A stretch of DNA of 64,000 nt from an uncultured Candidatus Actinomarina sp. (GCA_902634185.1 CACPJC010000004.1:32001-96000); one strand, 5' to 3'. Counted from the first letter of the stretch, positions 53,139 to 63,093 are shown. Numbers and translations: made by a program. Notes: a model not told the origin generated them from the sequence alone.

Positions 53139-53662
53139 TTCTTTATATATATTTTATAGAAATATTCTAAAGCTACAAAATAGTAAAATATCAAGGAAAT
53201 TATTCCAAAATATAGGAAAAATATAGACTCAAACCCTGCATTTATTATGAAAAAACATATAGAAAAAAATATTAAAACTGTTCCTATTTTTCCATAATTA
53301 GATACAGACAATGTTTTAGTCTTTGTTAAAACATTTAAAGATCCAAGTACAACTAAAAACTCTCTAAATATAACGCCATAAAAAAACCATGTAGGAAAAA
53401 TGGATGATAGCCAAAAAATTAACAATATAAACACTATTCTGTCACACACAGGATCAAGAATAGTTCCAAGCCTACTGACTAGATTGAACTTTCTTGCAAC
53501 AATACCATCTAGAGAATCAGAGAGCCCTATTAGAGCAATGATTAAAACTAAAGTAGGTGTTTGAAAGTCATTAATTGATTGTTGAGAAAAAAGATAAATA
53601 GAAACAAATAACCGAGTTAATGTAATAAGATTTGGTAAAAGTAAAATATCTTTATGAGTCAA
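53135..53662 (-). CDS. CDP-alcohol phosphatidyltransferase (PgsA2-like)
   Basis: PNLIT..R and DSLDG.VAR...G..LDP..D motifs; TTG start at 53662 with AAGGA upstream. Confidence 0.9.
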   Translation of the reverse strand: MTHKDILLLPNLITLTRLFVSIYLFSQQSINDFQTPTLVLIIALIGLSDSLDGIVARKFNLVSRLGTILDPVCDRIVFILLIFWLSSIFPTWFFYGVIFREFLVVLGSLNVLTKTKTLSVSNYGKIGTVLIFFSICFFIINAGFESIFFLYFGIISLIFYYFVALEYFYKIYIKK

Positions 53663-54611
53663 TAAAGAATTCCTTGGTATCATGGGTAGCAACGAAATGT
53701 CCACCTCCAATATCAACCATCTTTTCATCAGGATTATTTGATATTATTTTATCAAGCTCATCAAAATTAATAAGATACTTTTCTCGATTAAATGAGGGAT
53801 CGGGAATTGGAATTGATGAAATTAATCTTTTTGTATATGGATGTATTGGGTTTTGTAACAACTCTTCTGTCTCTGCAATTTCAACGATTTTGCCATTAAA
53901 CATAACAGCAATTCTATTACACATATATCTTGCCACAGCCAGGTCATGTGTAATGTATAAATATGATACTTCTAATTCTTTTGCGAGGTTTAACATAAGA
54001 TCCATTATTGAAATTCTTATGGAGACATCTAACATTGATGTTGGCTCATCGCATACTACAAACTTAGGTTTCATTACTAGTGTTCTTGCGATTGAAACTC
54101 TTTGTCTCTGTCCACCTGAAATTTCATGAGGGTATCTTCCAAGATAGTTTTCTGGTGGAGTCAAGCCTACTGTTCTTAAAATCTCAATAATTGCCTCTTC
54201 CCTTTCACTCAAAGATCCTATGTTATGAATATCAAGTGGCTCTTTAATAATATCTTTTATTGTCCATCTGGGATTCAAAGATTCGTAAGGATCTTGAAAA
54301 ATCATTTGTATATTTCTTCTAAAAGTCTTCAAACCGTCTTCATTGATATTATCAAATGACTCCATACTCTGAGAATCAGGATTATAAAAATTTATATTAC
54401 CTGAAGTTTTTGGATCAAGTAAACATAAAGACCTTGCAGTAGTTGTTTTTCCACAACCACTCTGACCAACCAAACCTAGGGTTTCTCCAGCCTTAATATC
54501 AAAACTTATACCGTCTACAGCTTTAACTATTTTTTTATTTCTAGAAAACAAACTTTTAGAGACTTCAAAATGTTTTACTAGATTTCTTACTTCAATTAGA
54601 TTATTAGCCAT
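53652..54611 (-). CDS. oppF: Oligopeptide ABC transporter ATP-binding protein
   Basis: GQSGCGKT, SGGQRQR, DEPTS and HPYT motifs. Confidence 0.93.
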   Translation of the reverse strand: MANNLIEVRNLVKHFEVSKSLFSRNKKIVKAVDGISFDIKAGETLGLVGQSGCGKTTTARSLCLLDPKTSGNINFYNPDSQSMESFDNINEDGLKTFRRNIQMIFQDPYESLNPRWTIKDIIKEPLDIHNIGSLSEREEAIIEILRTVGLTPPENYLGRYPHEISGGQRQRVSIARTLVMKPKFVVCDEPTSMLDVSIRISIMDLMLNLAKELEVSYLYITHDLAVARYMCNRIAVMFNGKIVEIAETEELLQNPIHPYTKRLISSIPIPDPSFNREKYLINFDELDKIISNNPDEKMVDIGGGHFVATHDTKEFFIDS

Positions 54612-54617
54612 TTTAAA

Positions 54618-55586
54618 TTATTTTCCTTGACTACATATATCGGCAAAGTGATCTGGGTTCACTTCTACTAACCGCATGTGTTCAGAAGGATTACATTCTG
54701 TATCTCTATTTGGACATCTAGGAGCAAATGAGCATCCTTCAATTTTATTTATAAGACTTGGTGGTTCACCATCTAGTGATTTTAATTTTTTCTTTTCACC
54801 TCTTATTGAAGGTGTTGAGTCTAATAAAGCTCTTGTATAGGAATGAATTGGGTTTTTAAAAACATCTTTTGTTGGGCCCATTTCTACAATTGATCCAGCA
54901 TACATAACGGCTATTTTGTCAGTCATTTCAGCAATAACTGCAATATCATGAGAAATATAAATTAAGCTTAAACCTAATAAATCTTGAACCTTTTTTATTT
55001 CATTTAGAATTTGGTCTTGTATAACTACGTCGAGTGCAGTTGTTGGTTCATCTGCAATTATAATTTTTGGATCACAGGACAAAGCCAATGCAATTACAGC
55101 TCTTTGTTTCATACCTCCAGATAATTCATGGGGATACCTATCTGTGGTTGACTCGTCCAGCCCAACCATCCTAAATAATTCAATAATCTTATTCATGTTT
55201 TCTTGTTTTGTGTTTTCGGGATAATGCTCTCTCATAGCTTCCCTAATTTGTTCTCCGATTTTAATTACGGGATTCCACGCATTCATAGCGCCCTGAAAAA
55301 CGATACTAATACTGTCCCATCTAACTTTCCTTAGATCATTTTCAGACAAACCAATTAATTCTTTACCATCAAGCTTTATACTTCCCTGTGTTATAACAGA
55401 ATTATCAGGCTGAAGTTGTAACAAAGTCATGGCTACAGAAGTTTTTCCACATCCAGATTCTCCAACAAGACCAAAAGATTCACCACTTTTTACTTCAAAA
55501 GAGATATTCTTGACAGCATCAACATTGCCTTCCATAGTGTCATAATGCATTGATAAATTTTTAACTTCAAGCAATGCTTTACTCAT
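54618..55586 (-). CDS. oppD: Oligopeptide ABC transporter ATP-binding protein
   Basis: GESGCGKT, LSGGMKQR, DEPTTALD and GC.FAPRC motifs. Confidence 0.93.
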   Translation of the reverse strand: MSKALLEVKNLSMHYDTMEGNVDAVKNISFEVKSGESFGLVGESGCGKTSVAMTLLQLQPDNSVITQGSIKLDGKELIGLSENDLRKVRWDSISIVFQGAMNAWNPVIKIGEQIREAMREHYPENTKQENMNKIIELFRMVGLDESTTDRYPHELSGGMKQRAVIALALSCDPKIIIADEPTTALDVVIQDQILNEIKKVQDLLGLSLIYISHDIAVIAEMTDKIAVMYAGSIVEMGPTKDVFKNPIHSYTRALLDSTPSIRGEKKKLKSLDGEPPSLINKIEGCSFAPRCPNRDTECNPSEHMRLVEVNPDHFADICSQGK

Positions 55587-56650
55587 TAGCGCCTTCTCAA
55601 CCTTGGATTAAATACATCATCTAGACCTCTACCTACTAAGTAAAATCCTCCAGCAAGTAACGTTACTGATAATCCAGCAGGTAAAATTAACCACCAATAT
55701 TTAAGTCCTGTAAAAATAAAGCCTTCTGCTTGTGCTAAATAAATCATTATTCCCCAGCTCATATCAATATTTAATAAACCAAGGAAAGATAAAACACTTT
55801 CAGATGCTATTGCCCCGGTGACGCTAAATACCATAAAGAGTAAAGCAAGTGGTGCTACATTCGGAAGAATATGAGAAAACATTATTCTTCTTTTGCTACC
55901 ACCAGTAATCCTTGCTGAGTCAACAAATGGCTTAACTTTCACTTGTAGAGCTTGTGATTTTACAGTAATAACTGAGCCGCCCAAACCACCAATGGTCCCT
56001 AGTACTACAGCTAAATGCCATATTTGTAGCTCAGCAAATGCAGATATAATAAATAAGAATGGCAATGTCGGGAGCATTAGAACTAAGTCAGATTGCCTCA
56101 TTAGATAAGTATCTAATACCCCACCATAAAAAGCTGCAGCGGTTCCTAAAAGTGTTGAGATACCAACACCTATAATTGCACTTATTAATCCTAATACAAA
56201 AGCAACTTGGCTACCCTCCATGATTTGAGAGAATATATCTCTACCTAAAGAGTCTGTACCAAGTATATGTCTACTTGAAGGAGGTGCTGGCTGAACATTT
56301 GATTCATAAATTTCACCTACTTCGCCTTCAATATTGAATGCTTTCAAGTACCGAATGTTGACTTCGTCGACACGAGGACAGTCTCCCTCTTGTTGATATT
56401 CTTTTGTAGGATATTGTGTAGGACATTCAACAATTGTTCGTCCGATTTTTTCAGCATCATAACCAACTACAGGATGGTAAATGCCTTCATCCCAAATCCC
56501 AGTAAGGAACAACATAGGCTGCAATATTGACAAAAAACCAAAGAAAATAACAATACCTAAACCAGTCATCCCAAGTCTGCTTTGTTTAAACAATCTCCAA
56601 TTTTTTTTAATAGTTGCTTTTATATCTCTGTCAAAATTCTCGTTTTCCAT
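55586..56650 (-). CDS. oppC: Oligopeptide ABC transporter permease
   Basis: LGTDSLGRD, HILPN, LSFLGL, SWG and NPRL motifs. Confidence 0.92.
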   Translation of the reverse strand: MENENFDRDIKATIKKNWRLFKQSRLGMTGLGIVIFFGFLSILQPMLFLTGIWDEGIYHPVVGYDAEKIGRTIVECPTQYPTKEYQQEGDCPRVDEVNIRYLKAFNIEGEVGEIYESNVQPAPPSSRHILGTDSLGRDIFSQIMEGSQVAFVLGLISAIIGVGISTLLGTAAAFYGGVLDTYLMRQSDLVLMLPTLPFLFIISAFAELQIWHLAVVLGTIGGLGGSVITVKSQALQVKVKPFVDSARITGGSKRRIMFSHILPNVAPLALLFMVFSVTGAIASESVLSFLGLLNIDMSWGIMIYLAQAEGFIFTGLKYWWLILPAGLSVTLLAGGFYLVGRGLDDVFNPRLRRR

Positions 56651-56651
56651 G

Positions 56652-57824
56652 TTAGTTTTCCGCCTTAACTCTTATACGTGGATCAAGGAAAGCATATGAT
56701 ACATCTGCTATGAAATGAGCAATTAAAGCTAATATTCCAATAAATGAAAATGATGCCATTGCAAGAGGGATATCTTCCCTAGTAACTGCTTCAAGTATAA
56801 GTTGACCCATGCCAGGCCATGAAAAAATTGATTCAGTCAATACTGAACCATCGATGATTGTAATTATGGTAAAGATAAAAGATGTAACTACAGGTAATAG
56901 AGCTGTTCTCGCAGCATGTCTATCCCTAATTCTTTTTTGACTAAGACCTTTTGCTCTTGCAGTAAGAATATAATCGTCTTTTAGTACCTCCATCATTGTT
57001 GTACGTGTTAATAAGGCAGTACCCGCGAACGCAACTAAAGTGACAGTAAATGTCGGCAAAATCATATGAAAAGCAATGTCAGCTGCATAAAATCTTTTTA
57101 ACGATGCTTCACCATTACTCCAGTAAATAGATGCTAAAACTAATAGAAATAATAAACCTACAATTCTTGCATTTCGTCTATTCTCTAAGGATTCGATATT
57201 TCTTGTGAAAATAAAAACTAAAAATAATAAGAAGGAACTGATTGTTGTAAACAAAATTAATGTATAGAAGATTTCATCACTTGAATATGGCGAATCGTAC
57301 CATTTTTCAGGGACTAAAAATTTACCAAGCGGAAACCAGTTCATTTTATATCCAAAAAACCATAGCATCATTAAAGCGAACCAAGGGTAAAAAACAGTAT
57401 AAGAAAATACGGAACCAATAGTTATCCATGTTTCGGATTTTGAACCCCTCCTCCACGCTAGGACTTTACCAACTAAAAACCCTGAATAAAATGCTATAAC
57501 ATTAACAATTGAAAACAACATTAATGTCCTGGGGAGTCTTTCTGCAATAACTTCAATTGGAGAACGTGGATAGTAAATGTATGAATATCCAAAATCACCT
57601 TTGAAAAAATTAATTATATAAAGCTGTACTCGTTCAAATAAAGGTTTATCGAGTCCAAATAATTCAATTGTGCGCTGGTAGGTCTCAGGTGGTAATAATG
57701 GGTTTAATAATAAACTTGAAAATGCATTACCAGGTATTGCATTAAATAAAAGATAAGAGATTATAAGAAAAAGAAAAAATACAATAATCATTTCAAAAAA
57801 TCTTTTTATAGTGTAAATTAACAT
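56652..57824 (-). CDS. oppB: Oligopeptide ABC transporter permease
   Basis: GLDKP, GDFG.S, YILTARAKGL, E.IFSWPG.G and DPRI motifs. Confidence 0.92.
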   Translation of the reverse strand: MLIYTIKRFFEMIIVFFLFLIISYLLFNAIPGNAFSSLLLNPLLPPETYQRTIELFGLDKPLFERVQLYIINFFKGDFGYSYIYYPRSPIEVIAERLPRTLMLFSIVNVIAFYSGFLVGKVLAWRRGSKSETWITIGSVFSYTVFYPWFALMMLWFFGYKMNWFPLGKFLVPEKWYDSPYSSDEIFYTLILFTTISSFLLFLVFIFTRNIESLENRRNARIVGLLFLLVLASIYWSNGEASLKRFYAADIAFHMILPTFTVTLVAFAGTALLTRTTMMEVLKDDYILTARAKGLSQKRIRDRHAARTALLPVVTSFIFTIITIIDGSVLTESIFSWPGMGQLILEAVTREDIPLAMASFSFIGILALIAHFIADVSYAFLDPRIRVKAEN

Positions 57825-57867
57825 ATTTCCTCTTTAATTTTAAAAGTGACTCTACATAAATATTAAA

Positions 57868-57897
57868 TGAAAAGTGGGTATTTCTACCCACTTTTCA
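57868..57897. terminator. Stem-loop between oppA and oppB (terminator or mRNA-stabilising hairpin)
   Basis: TGAAAAGTGGGTA-TTTC-TACCCACTTTTCA, perfect 13-bp arms. Confidence 0.8.
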
Positions 57898-57913
57898 ATT
57901 CTATTGTTAACTT

Positions 57914-59905
57914 CTATTTGTTAACTTTTACACTACCAGGTAAACCATAAAGGTTTGACATAGCACCTAGAACTTCTGTGTAAGGAAATTCTATGTTATT
58001 TCTGTATGCCTCAATCAATGGTGGTGTAAATAATACTAAATATGGAAGATCTTCAAATAAGATTGTTTCCATTTTTTTAGCAACTACTTGTGCTTCACCG
58101 ACTGATTTTGCTGCATTAAATTCTTCTGCTAAGGCATCATACTCTGGATTACTGTATCCAGGTGTATTCAAACCACCAGCACATGCATCTGCGTCAGTCT
58201 CGAAAAAGTCAACTATATGATCAGGATAAGGTGTTAATCCCCAACCTAACATATACATAAACCATTCATCACAAGTCTCTGGATCAAGTATAAGGTCAAC
58301 AATAATGCTAAAACCAGTAGGTCTAGCAACTGCATCAATACCTAATTGCTGCATCCAGTCAGCAATAAATAGTGAGAATGTTGATCTTATTGGATCATAT
58401 CCGGCAGATGGTGCATAAAGCAACATATCTGAAGGCATTGCTTCTCCATTTGGACCTCTAAGATTAGTAGGTGCAATAGCTCTTTCAGCTCCACCTGGGT
58501 GTGATCCCCAGTCATCAGCTTGCCATCCAGCATCTTGAAGGATGCTAATTGACTTGTTCCATCTTTCTTCAAAGTTCATGCCATTACATTCGGCTAGAAC
58601 TCCTTGAACTGGAGATACCCATGATGTTAATGCAGGTGGCATAACGCCATCCATATTGATCACAGCTCCAGCAAGAATACTTTCGATAATGTAGTCTTTA
58701 TCGACAATACATGCGACTGCTTGTCTAAAAGCCTGATTATCTGTAGGGAACTTACCTGCTCTTGTGTTAAAGGCCAAGTATCTAAAACCATTTGATTGGT
58801 TTGTAATAACTTCTACATCGCCTTGTGCGATTAATGCTTCAAGTGCATTTCTCTTTAATCCAAGTGGATTAAGAACAAAATCTACTTCACCGCTTTGGAA
58901 AGCTAAGTATGCAGCATCTTGATCACCATAAAGTGAGAATTCAACTGTACCAACGTACGGACCGTCAGTCCAAGAAATTGAATCTCCACTTAAGTCACCA
59001 AACTCATATGAAACTTTTGGTGCAACTCCATTATCTAAGTTATAAGAAACACCACCATTTGCGTAAACAGTGTTGTCTCCACCAAAATACATTGTGTCTG
59101 AGTCATATTCCCATGTATAGAATGCTCCTTTTTCAAGAGTTCCATATTCAAATGCACCAGCAACTGGTACACCATCCACAGGAGCAGCTAATAAAGTTTC
59201 TCTATCAGTTGCGTATTGTGACCAATAATGTTCTGCAACAAAAGATGCACTAGCAACACCGTATTGCCATATAGACAATCCTGGGTCAAAGTTAAATGTT
59301 ATTTTAACTGTATAGTCATCAATTGCTTCGATGTTAGTAAGACCTTGTGAAACAGTTCCATCTTCTCTTTCAGTAGCTAATGGATAACTATTAGTCCAAC
59401 CACCTAACATTCCTAGATCTCTAACGGTTTCAAAAGTGAATACCATATCGTTAGCATCTATAGCTTCGCCATCACTCCATTTAAATCCTTGGTGCATCGG
59501 AACAGTGTAACTAAAAGTTCCGTCTCCATTATCAACGGAAGTTTCTACTAATTCAGATGCCATGTTAGTGACTAACGTATAGCTAGGATAGTTTGTTCCA
59601 AACAAACTTGTTGCTTGGGGACTTAAAGTTGCAAAAGTCCAATAGTCTTGCTGCACATCGACAGCGTCCCAAATATTGAAGCCTTGTGAATCAGAATAGA
59701 TACCCATTTTAAATACACCTTCAGGTGCATTAGAGACTTCTTCAACTTCTGCTGCAGTAGTTGCAGGAGCAGCTTCTTCAGCTACTTCCTCTTCAACAAC
59801 TGTTTCTTCTTCAACTGCATCGCCACCACAGGCAACAACAATCATTGCAAAAATTGAGAAAAGTACAATAAATTTGTATCTAACTGAGCCCTTATAATTA
59901 CTCAA
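57914..59905 (-). CDS. oppA: Peptide ABC transporter substrate-binding lipoprotein (family 5)
   Basis: Lipobox VVAC, KWSDG..I.A.D..FT and FRQAVA motifs; AGGAG SD before the TTG at 59905. Confidence 0.92.
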   Translation of the reverse strand: MSNYKGSVRYKFIVLFSIFAMIVVACGGDAVEEETVVEEEVAEEAAPATTAAEVEEVSNAPEGVFKMGIYSDSQGFNIWDAVDVQQDYWTFATLSPQATSLFGTNYPSYTLVTNMASELVETSVDNGDGTFSYTVPMHQGFKWSDGEAIDANDMVFTFETVRDLGMLGGWTNSYPLATEREDGTVSQGLTNIEAIDDYTVKITFNFDPGLSIWQYGVASASFVAEHYWSQYATDRETLLAAPVDGVPVAGAFEYGTLEKGAFYTWEYDSDTMYFGGDNTVYANGGVSYNLDNGVAPKVSYEFGDLSGDSISWTDGPYVGTVEFSLYGDQDAAYLAFQSGEVDFVLNPLGLKRNALEALIAQGDVEVITNQSNGFRYLAFNTRAGKFPTDNQAFRQAVACIVDKDYIIESILAGAVINMDGVMPPALTSWVSPVQGVLAECNGMNFEERWNKSISILQDAGWQADDWGSHPGGAERAIAPTNLRGPNGEAMPSDMLLYAPSAGYDPIRSTFSLFIADWMQQLGIDAVARPTGFSIIVDLILDPETCDEWFMYMLGWGLTPYPDHIVDFFETDADACAGGLNTPGYSNPEYDALAEEFNAAKSVGEAQVVAKKMETILFEDLPYLVLFTPPLIEAYRNNIEFPYTEVLGAMSNLYGLPGSVKVNK

Positions 59906-59914
59906 TATTTCTCC

Positions 59915-59950
59915 TTTTTGTATACAAAAAATCCACTTAAAAAAGTGGAT
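59915..59950. promoter_or_regulatory. Two adjacent inverted repeats upstream of oppA
   Basis: TTTTTGTATACAAAAA (perfect 16-bp palindrome abutting the SD) and ATCCACTT-AAAA-AAGTGGAT. Confidence 0.5.
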
Positions 59951-60028
59951 AAACATATAGTAGGTATGAATTATGTGATATCAACATATAATTAAATTTT
60001 ATTTATACATCTAGTTGATAAAAAAGAT

Positions 60029-60127
60029 CTAATTGTTTAAGAAAATAGTAATTATTACCTGATAAATTCTTATAACCAAGTAAAAACCAAAGAAGAAGAC
60101 ACCAATTTTAAAACCAAAATTTTCCAT
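60029..60127 (-). CDS. Small single-TM protein, 32 aa (not in the ORF track)
   Basis: MENFGFKIGVFFFGFYLVIRIYQVIITIFLNN*; ATG directly follows the der TAA. Confidence 0.6.
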   Translation of the reverse strand: MENFGFKIGVFFFGFYLVIRIYQVIITIFLNN

Positions 60128-61429
60128 TTAAATTTTTACCTTAATTTTTAAAGCTACATTTTTAAAATTATGGTCACTTCTTAACTTATTTTCGATAAAA
60201 GAAATATAGTTTTTAGGAATTCTAGAACTTAAATTAAGAGAAAATGAAGGGGGTTGAGTATCGTATTGTGTTACATATTTTAGTTTTGCCCTTCTGCCTC
60301 TAAAAGGATGAGGAGGATTTGCAACCCATAATTCCCTAAAATATAGATTTAAATCAGAAGTATCTATTCTATTTTCTAATTGTGAGATGATTTCATCTAA
60401 CGTGGCTGAAAATTTGTTTAGGCCTTTTTTTGTTAATGCAGAAATTCTTATTATTTTTAACCAAGTAAATTTTTTAAGTTGAATTTTTATGTTTGAATTA
60501 ATTCTATCCTTATCTTCTTCACTAAGAAGATCCCATTTATTAAGAATAAGAATAGGTGTGCAGAAATTTTCTACCGATTCATTGATTAACCGTAAATCTT
60601 CAAAATTTATACCTTCACTTGAGTCAATAACAATAAAAGAGACTAATGAACTATCCAATGTGCTTAATGATAACTTTGAAGCATAACGATCAATCTGATC
60701 TTTTTGTTTTTTTCTAGGGACACCTGCAGTATCAATAATATTAAATAATTTATCATCGAATACTACCTCTTCACTTACAGAATCTCTTGTTGTTCCTGGT
60801 TTATTTGAAACAACTGATCTTTCTCTATCTAAAAAAGCATTAAATAGTGTTGATTTTCCTGAATTTGGTTTTCCAATTATCGAAATAGCATTCCTATTTT
60901 TAACAACACCATTTATTTCCTTACCTGAAAATTTAATTAAGTTATCTAATAATTCATCAGTGCCAATTTTGTGATATCCAGAAATAAAAGTTTCTTTGCC
61001 GTATATATATTTGAACATCCTTTTATCAAGGTCGTAATGATTAAAATTTTCACATTTGTTAAAAACTGTTGTTGTTTTAGTCTCAACTTTAACAAGTTGT
61101 AATAGGTTGTTTATTTTATCCAGACCACTAAAGTTTTTAGAATTTATATCAATCACAAACAATATTCGATCTGCATCTTTCAAAAATTGTTGTAGTTTGT
61201 TTTGAAAAGCTATATTAAAGTCATCAGGATTATCATCAAAACCTGGCAAATCTGACAATATTATTTGTTTATTGTTTAGTTCTAAGTAAGTACTTATTTT
61301 ATCTCTAGTCGTATTTGGTTCAGAACCAACAATAGAACTTTTTGTGTTTGTAAGTGAATTTATTAGTGTAGATTTACCTGAATTAGGTAAACCAATTAAT
61401 ATCACTTCATTTTTTTTATTTTCGTTCAT
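60128..61429 (-). CDS. der: Ribosome biogenesis GTPase Der (EngA)
   Basis: Two GTPase domains (GLPNSGKS, GKPNSGKS, TTRD, DTAG, NKWD) and a KH-like tail. Confidence 0.95.
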   Translation of the reverse strand: MNENKKNEVILIGLPNSGKSTLINSLTNTKSSIVGSEPNTTRDKISTYLELNNKQIILSDLPGFDDNPDDFNIAFQNKLQQFLKDADRILFVIDINSKNFSGLDKINNLLQLVKVETKTTTVFNKCENFNHYDLDKRMFKYIYGKETFISGYHKIGTDELLDNLIKFSGKEINGVVKNRNAISIIGKPNSGKSTLFNAFLDRERSVVSNKPGTTRDSVSEEVVFDDKLFNIIDTAGVPRKKQKDQIDRYASKLSLSTLDSSLVSFIVIDSSEGINFEDLRLINESVENFCTPILILNKWDLLSEEDKDRINSNIKIQLKKFTWLKIIRISALTKKGLNKFSATLDEIISQLENRIDTSDLNLYFRELWVANPPHPFRGRRAKLKYVTQYDTQPPSFSLNLSSRIPKNYISFIENKLRSDHNFKNVALKIKVKI

Positions 61430-61455
61430 ATTTTAAATATAGCTAATCTTATTTT

Positions 61456-62487
61456 ATGGTAAATAATCTCTATGTTGTAACTCCAAGAGGATTTTGTGCA
61501 GGTGTCGAAATGGCAATAAAAGCACTAACTTGGATGCTTAAAATTTATGATGAACCTGTTTATTGCTATCACGAAATTGTACATAATGACTGGATTGTTC
61601 AAAAGTTCAAGGACAAAAATGTTATATTCATTGAGGATCCAAAAGATCTACCGAAAGATTCTATTGTCATGCTTTCGGCTCATGGAACTGCACCATTGAT
61701 TGAGATGGAATTCAAAAATATTTCAATGACCAGTGTCAATTCTGTCTGTCCTCTTGTTACAAAAGTTCATCATGAAGCAAAGAGATTTAGTGAAGATGGA
61801 AAGAAGATAATCTATGTAGGTCATAAGAATCACGATGAGGCTATAGGAGCACTGGGTGTTGCACCAGATAATATGGTATTGGTAGAGTCTGTCGAAGATA
61901 TTGATCAAACTAATTTACACAACGACAAGGTTGCATTGCTTGCTCAAACTACACTTGCAATGTCTGAATGGGAACCAATAATAAATAAAGCAAAAAGTGA
62001 GTACCAAAATATTGAATTACCAAGAAAAAGTGATTTATGTTATGCGACTACTAATAGACAAAAAGCACTAATAAATATTGCAAACAAAGTTGATAAAGTA
62101 CTGGTAGTTGGATCAAGTACCTCAAGTAATACGAATGCACTAGTAACTACTATTAATAATTTAGGAAAAGAAGCTCATAGAATAGAGACTCTAGACGATT
62201 TAGATAATATAAGTTTAGATAATGTAGATGTTGCTATCACTGCAGGAGCATCTGCCCCAGATCATATCGTCAAAGAAATATCAGAATATTTAAACCCAAA
62301 TAATTTAGAATTTTTTATTGACACAACTGAGGAAGAGTATTTTCCACTTCCTAAAGAATTAAGAAGTAATATAACCTCACTTTCAAAACTTTTAAAAAAT
62401 ATGTTTCCAACAAATAGTAAAGAAGCTGTAAATGGCATTTCCAAAGATAAAAGTTGGTCAGCTACTGAAGCTTTAAGTTCTTTATAA
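61456..62487 (+). CDS. ispH: 4-hydroxy-3-methylbut-2-enyl diphosphate reductase
   Basis: PRGFCAGV, IVHN, SAHG, CPLV.KVH, C.AT.NRQ, SSN and TAGASAP motifs. Confidence 0.98.
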   Translation: MVNNLYVVTPRGFCAGVEMAIKALTWMLKIYDEPVYCYHEIVHNDWIVQKFKDKNVIFIEDPKDLPKDSIVMLSAHGTAPLIEMEFKNISMTSVNSVCPLVTKVHHEAKRFSEDGKKIIYVGHKNHDEAIGALGVAPDNMVLVESVEDIDQTNLHNDKVALLAQTTLAMSEWEPIINKAKSEYQNIELPRKSDLCYATTNRQKALINIANKVDKVLVVGSSTSSNTNALVTTINNLGKEAHRIETLDDLDNISLDNVDVAITAGASAPDHIVKEISEYLNPNNLEFFIDTTEEEYFPLPKELRSNITSLSKLLKNMFPTNSKEAVNGISKDKSWSATEALSSL

Positions 62488-63076
62488 TAAGATCAATTGT
62501 TTCATCGATCGATAAATTTGAATTATCAATAACGAGTGCACCTTCTGGAATAGTTAAGGGAGAAAATAGTCTATTTTTATCTTCAAAATCTCTTTTTTTA
62601 ACATCATAAATTGTTTCCTCCATATTTGATTGACCTTCTCTTCTTTTACCTCTGGTTTCCAAATCTGCATCTAAATATACTTTGTGTTCAGCATCTGGAA
62701 ATACAACGCTACCCATATCCCTACCTTCAATTACAAGTGGTTTGTCGATATTTTCGAAATAACTAATTAAACAATCTTTAACCAATATTCTTAACCCTAC
62801 TTTTTTTGCAATTTCTGAACTTTTTACAGAAACTTCATTGTCATATAAATCTTCTTCATTAAAAATTACACCATTAACGTTGCACTGTTCAGAAACAATT
62901 TCAATTTTTAAATCTTCAATTTGTACGTTTTTGTTATTTAGTAAAAATTTTGCAACAGATCTATAAATGGATCCACTTGAGAAAAAACAAGAATTTAATA
63001 TAGTTGCAATACTTTTGCCAACTGAGGTTTTTCCAACTCCGGATGGGCCATCAATTGTTACAAGAAACTTTTCCAT
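62462..63076 (-). CDS. cmk: Cytidylate kinase
   Basis: IDGPSG.GK, G..YR, EGRDMG..VFP and RD..D..R..SPL motifs. Confidence 0.96.
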   Translation of the reverse strand: MEKFLVTIDGPSGVGKTSVGKSIATILNSCFFSSGSIYRSVAKFLLNNKNVQIEDLKIEIVSEQCNVNGVIFNEEDLYDNEVSVKSSEIAKKVGLRILVKDCLISYFENIDKPLVIEGRDMGSVVFPDAEHKVYLDADLETRGKRREGQSNMEETIYDVKKRDFEDKNRLFSPLTIPEGALVIDNSNLSIDETIDLIIKNLKLQ

Positions 63077-63093
63077 ATATTGATTCTATATTT

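Noticed and set aside
53632-54129. 165-aa + strand ORF antisense to oppF
   Set aside because: Typical shadow ORF of an ABC ATPase, with no motifs of its own.
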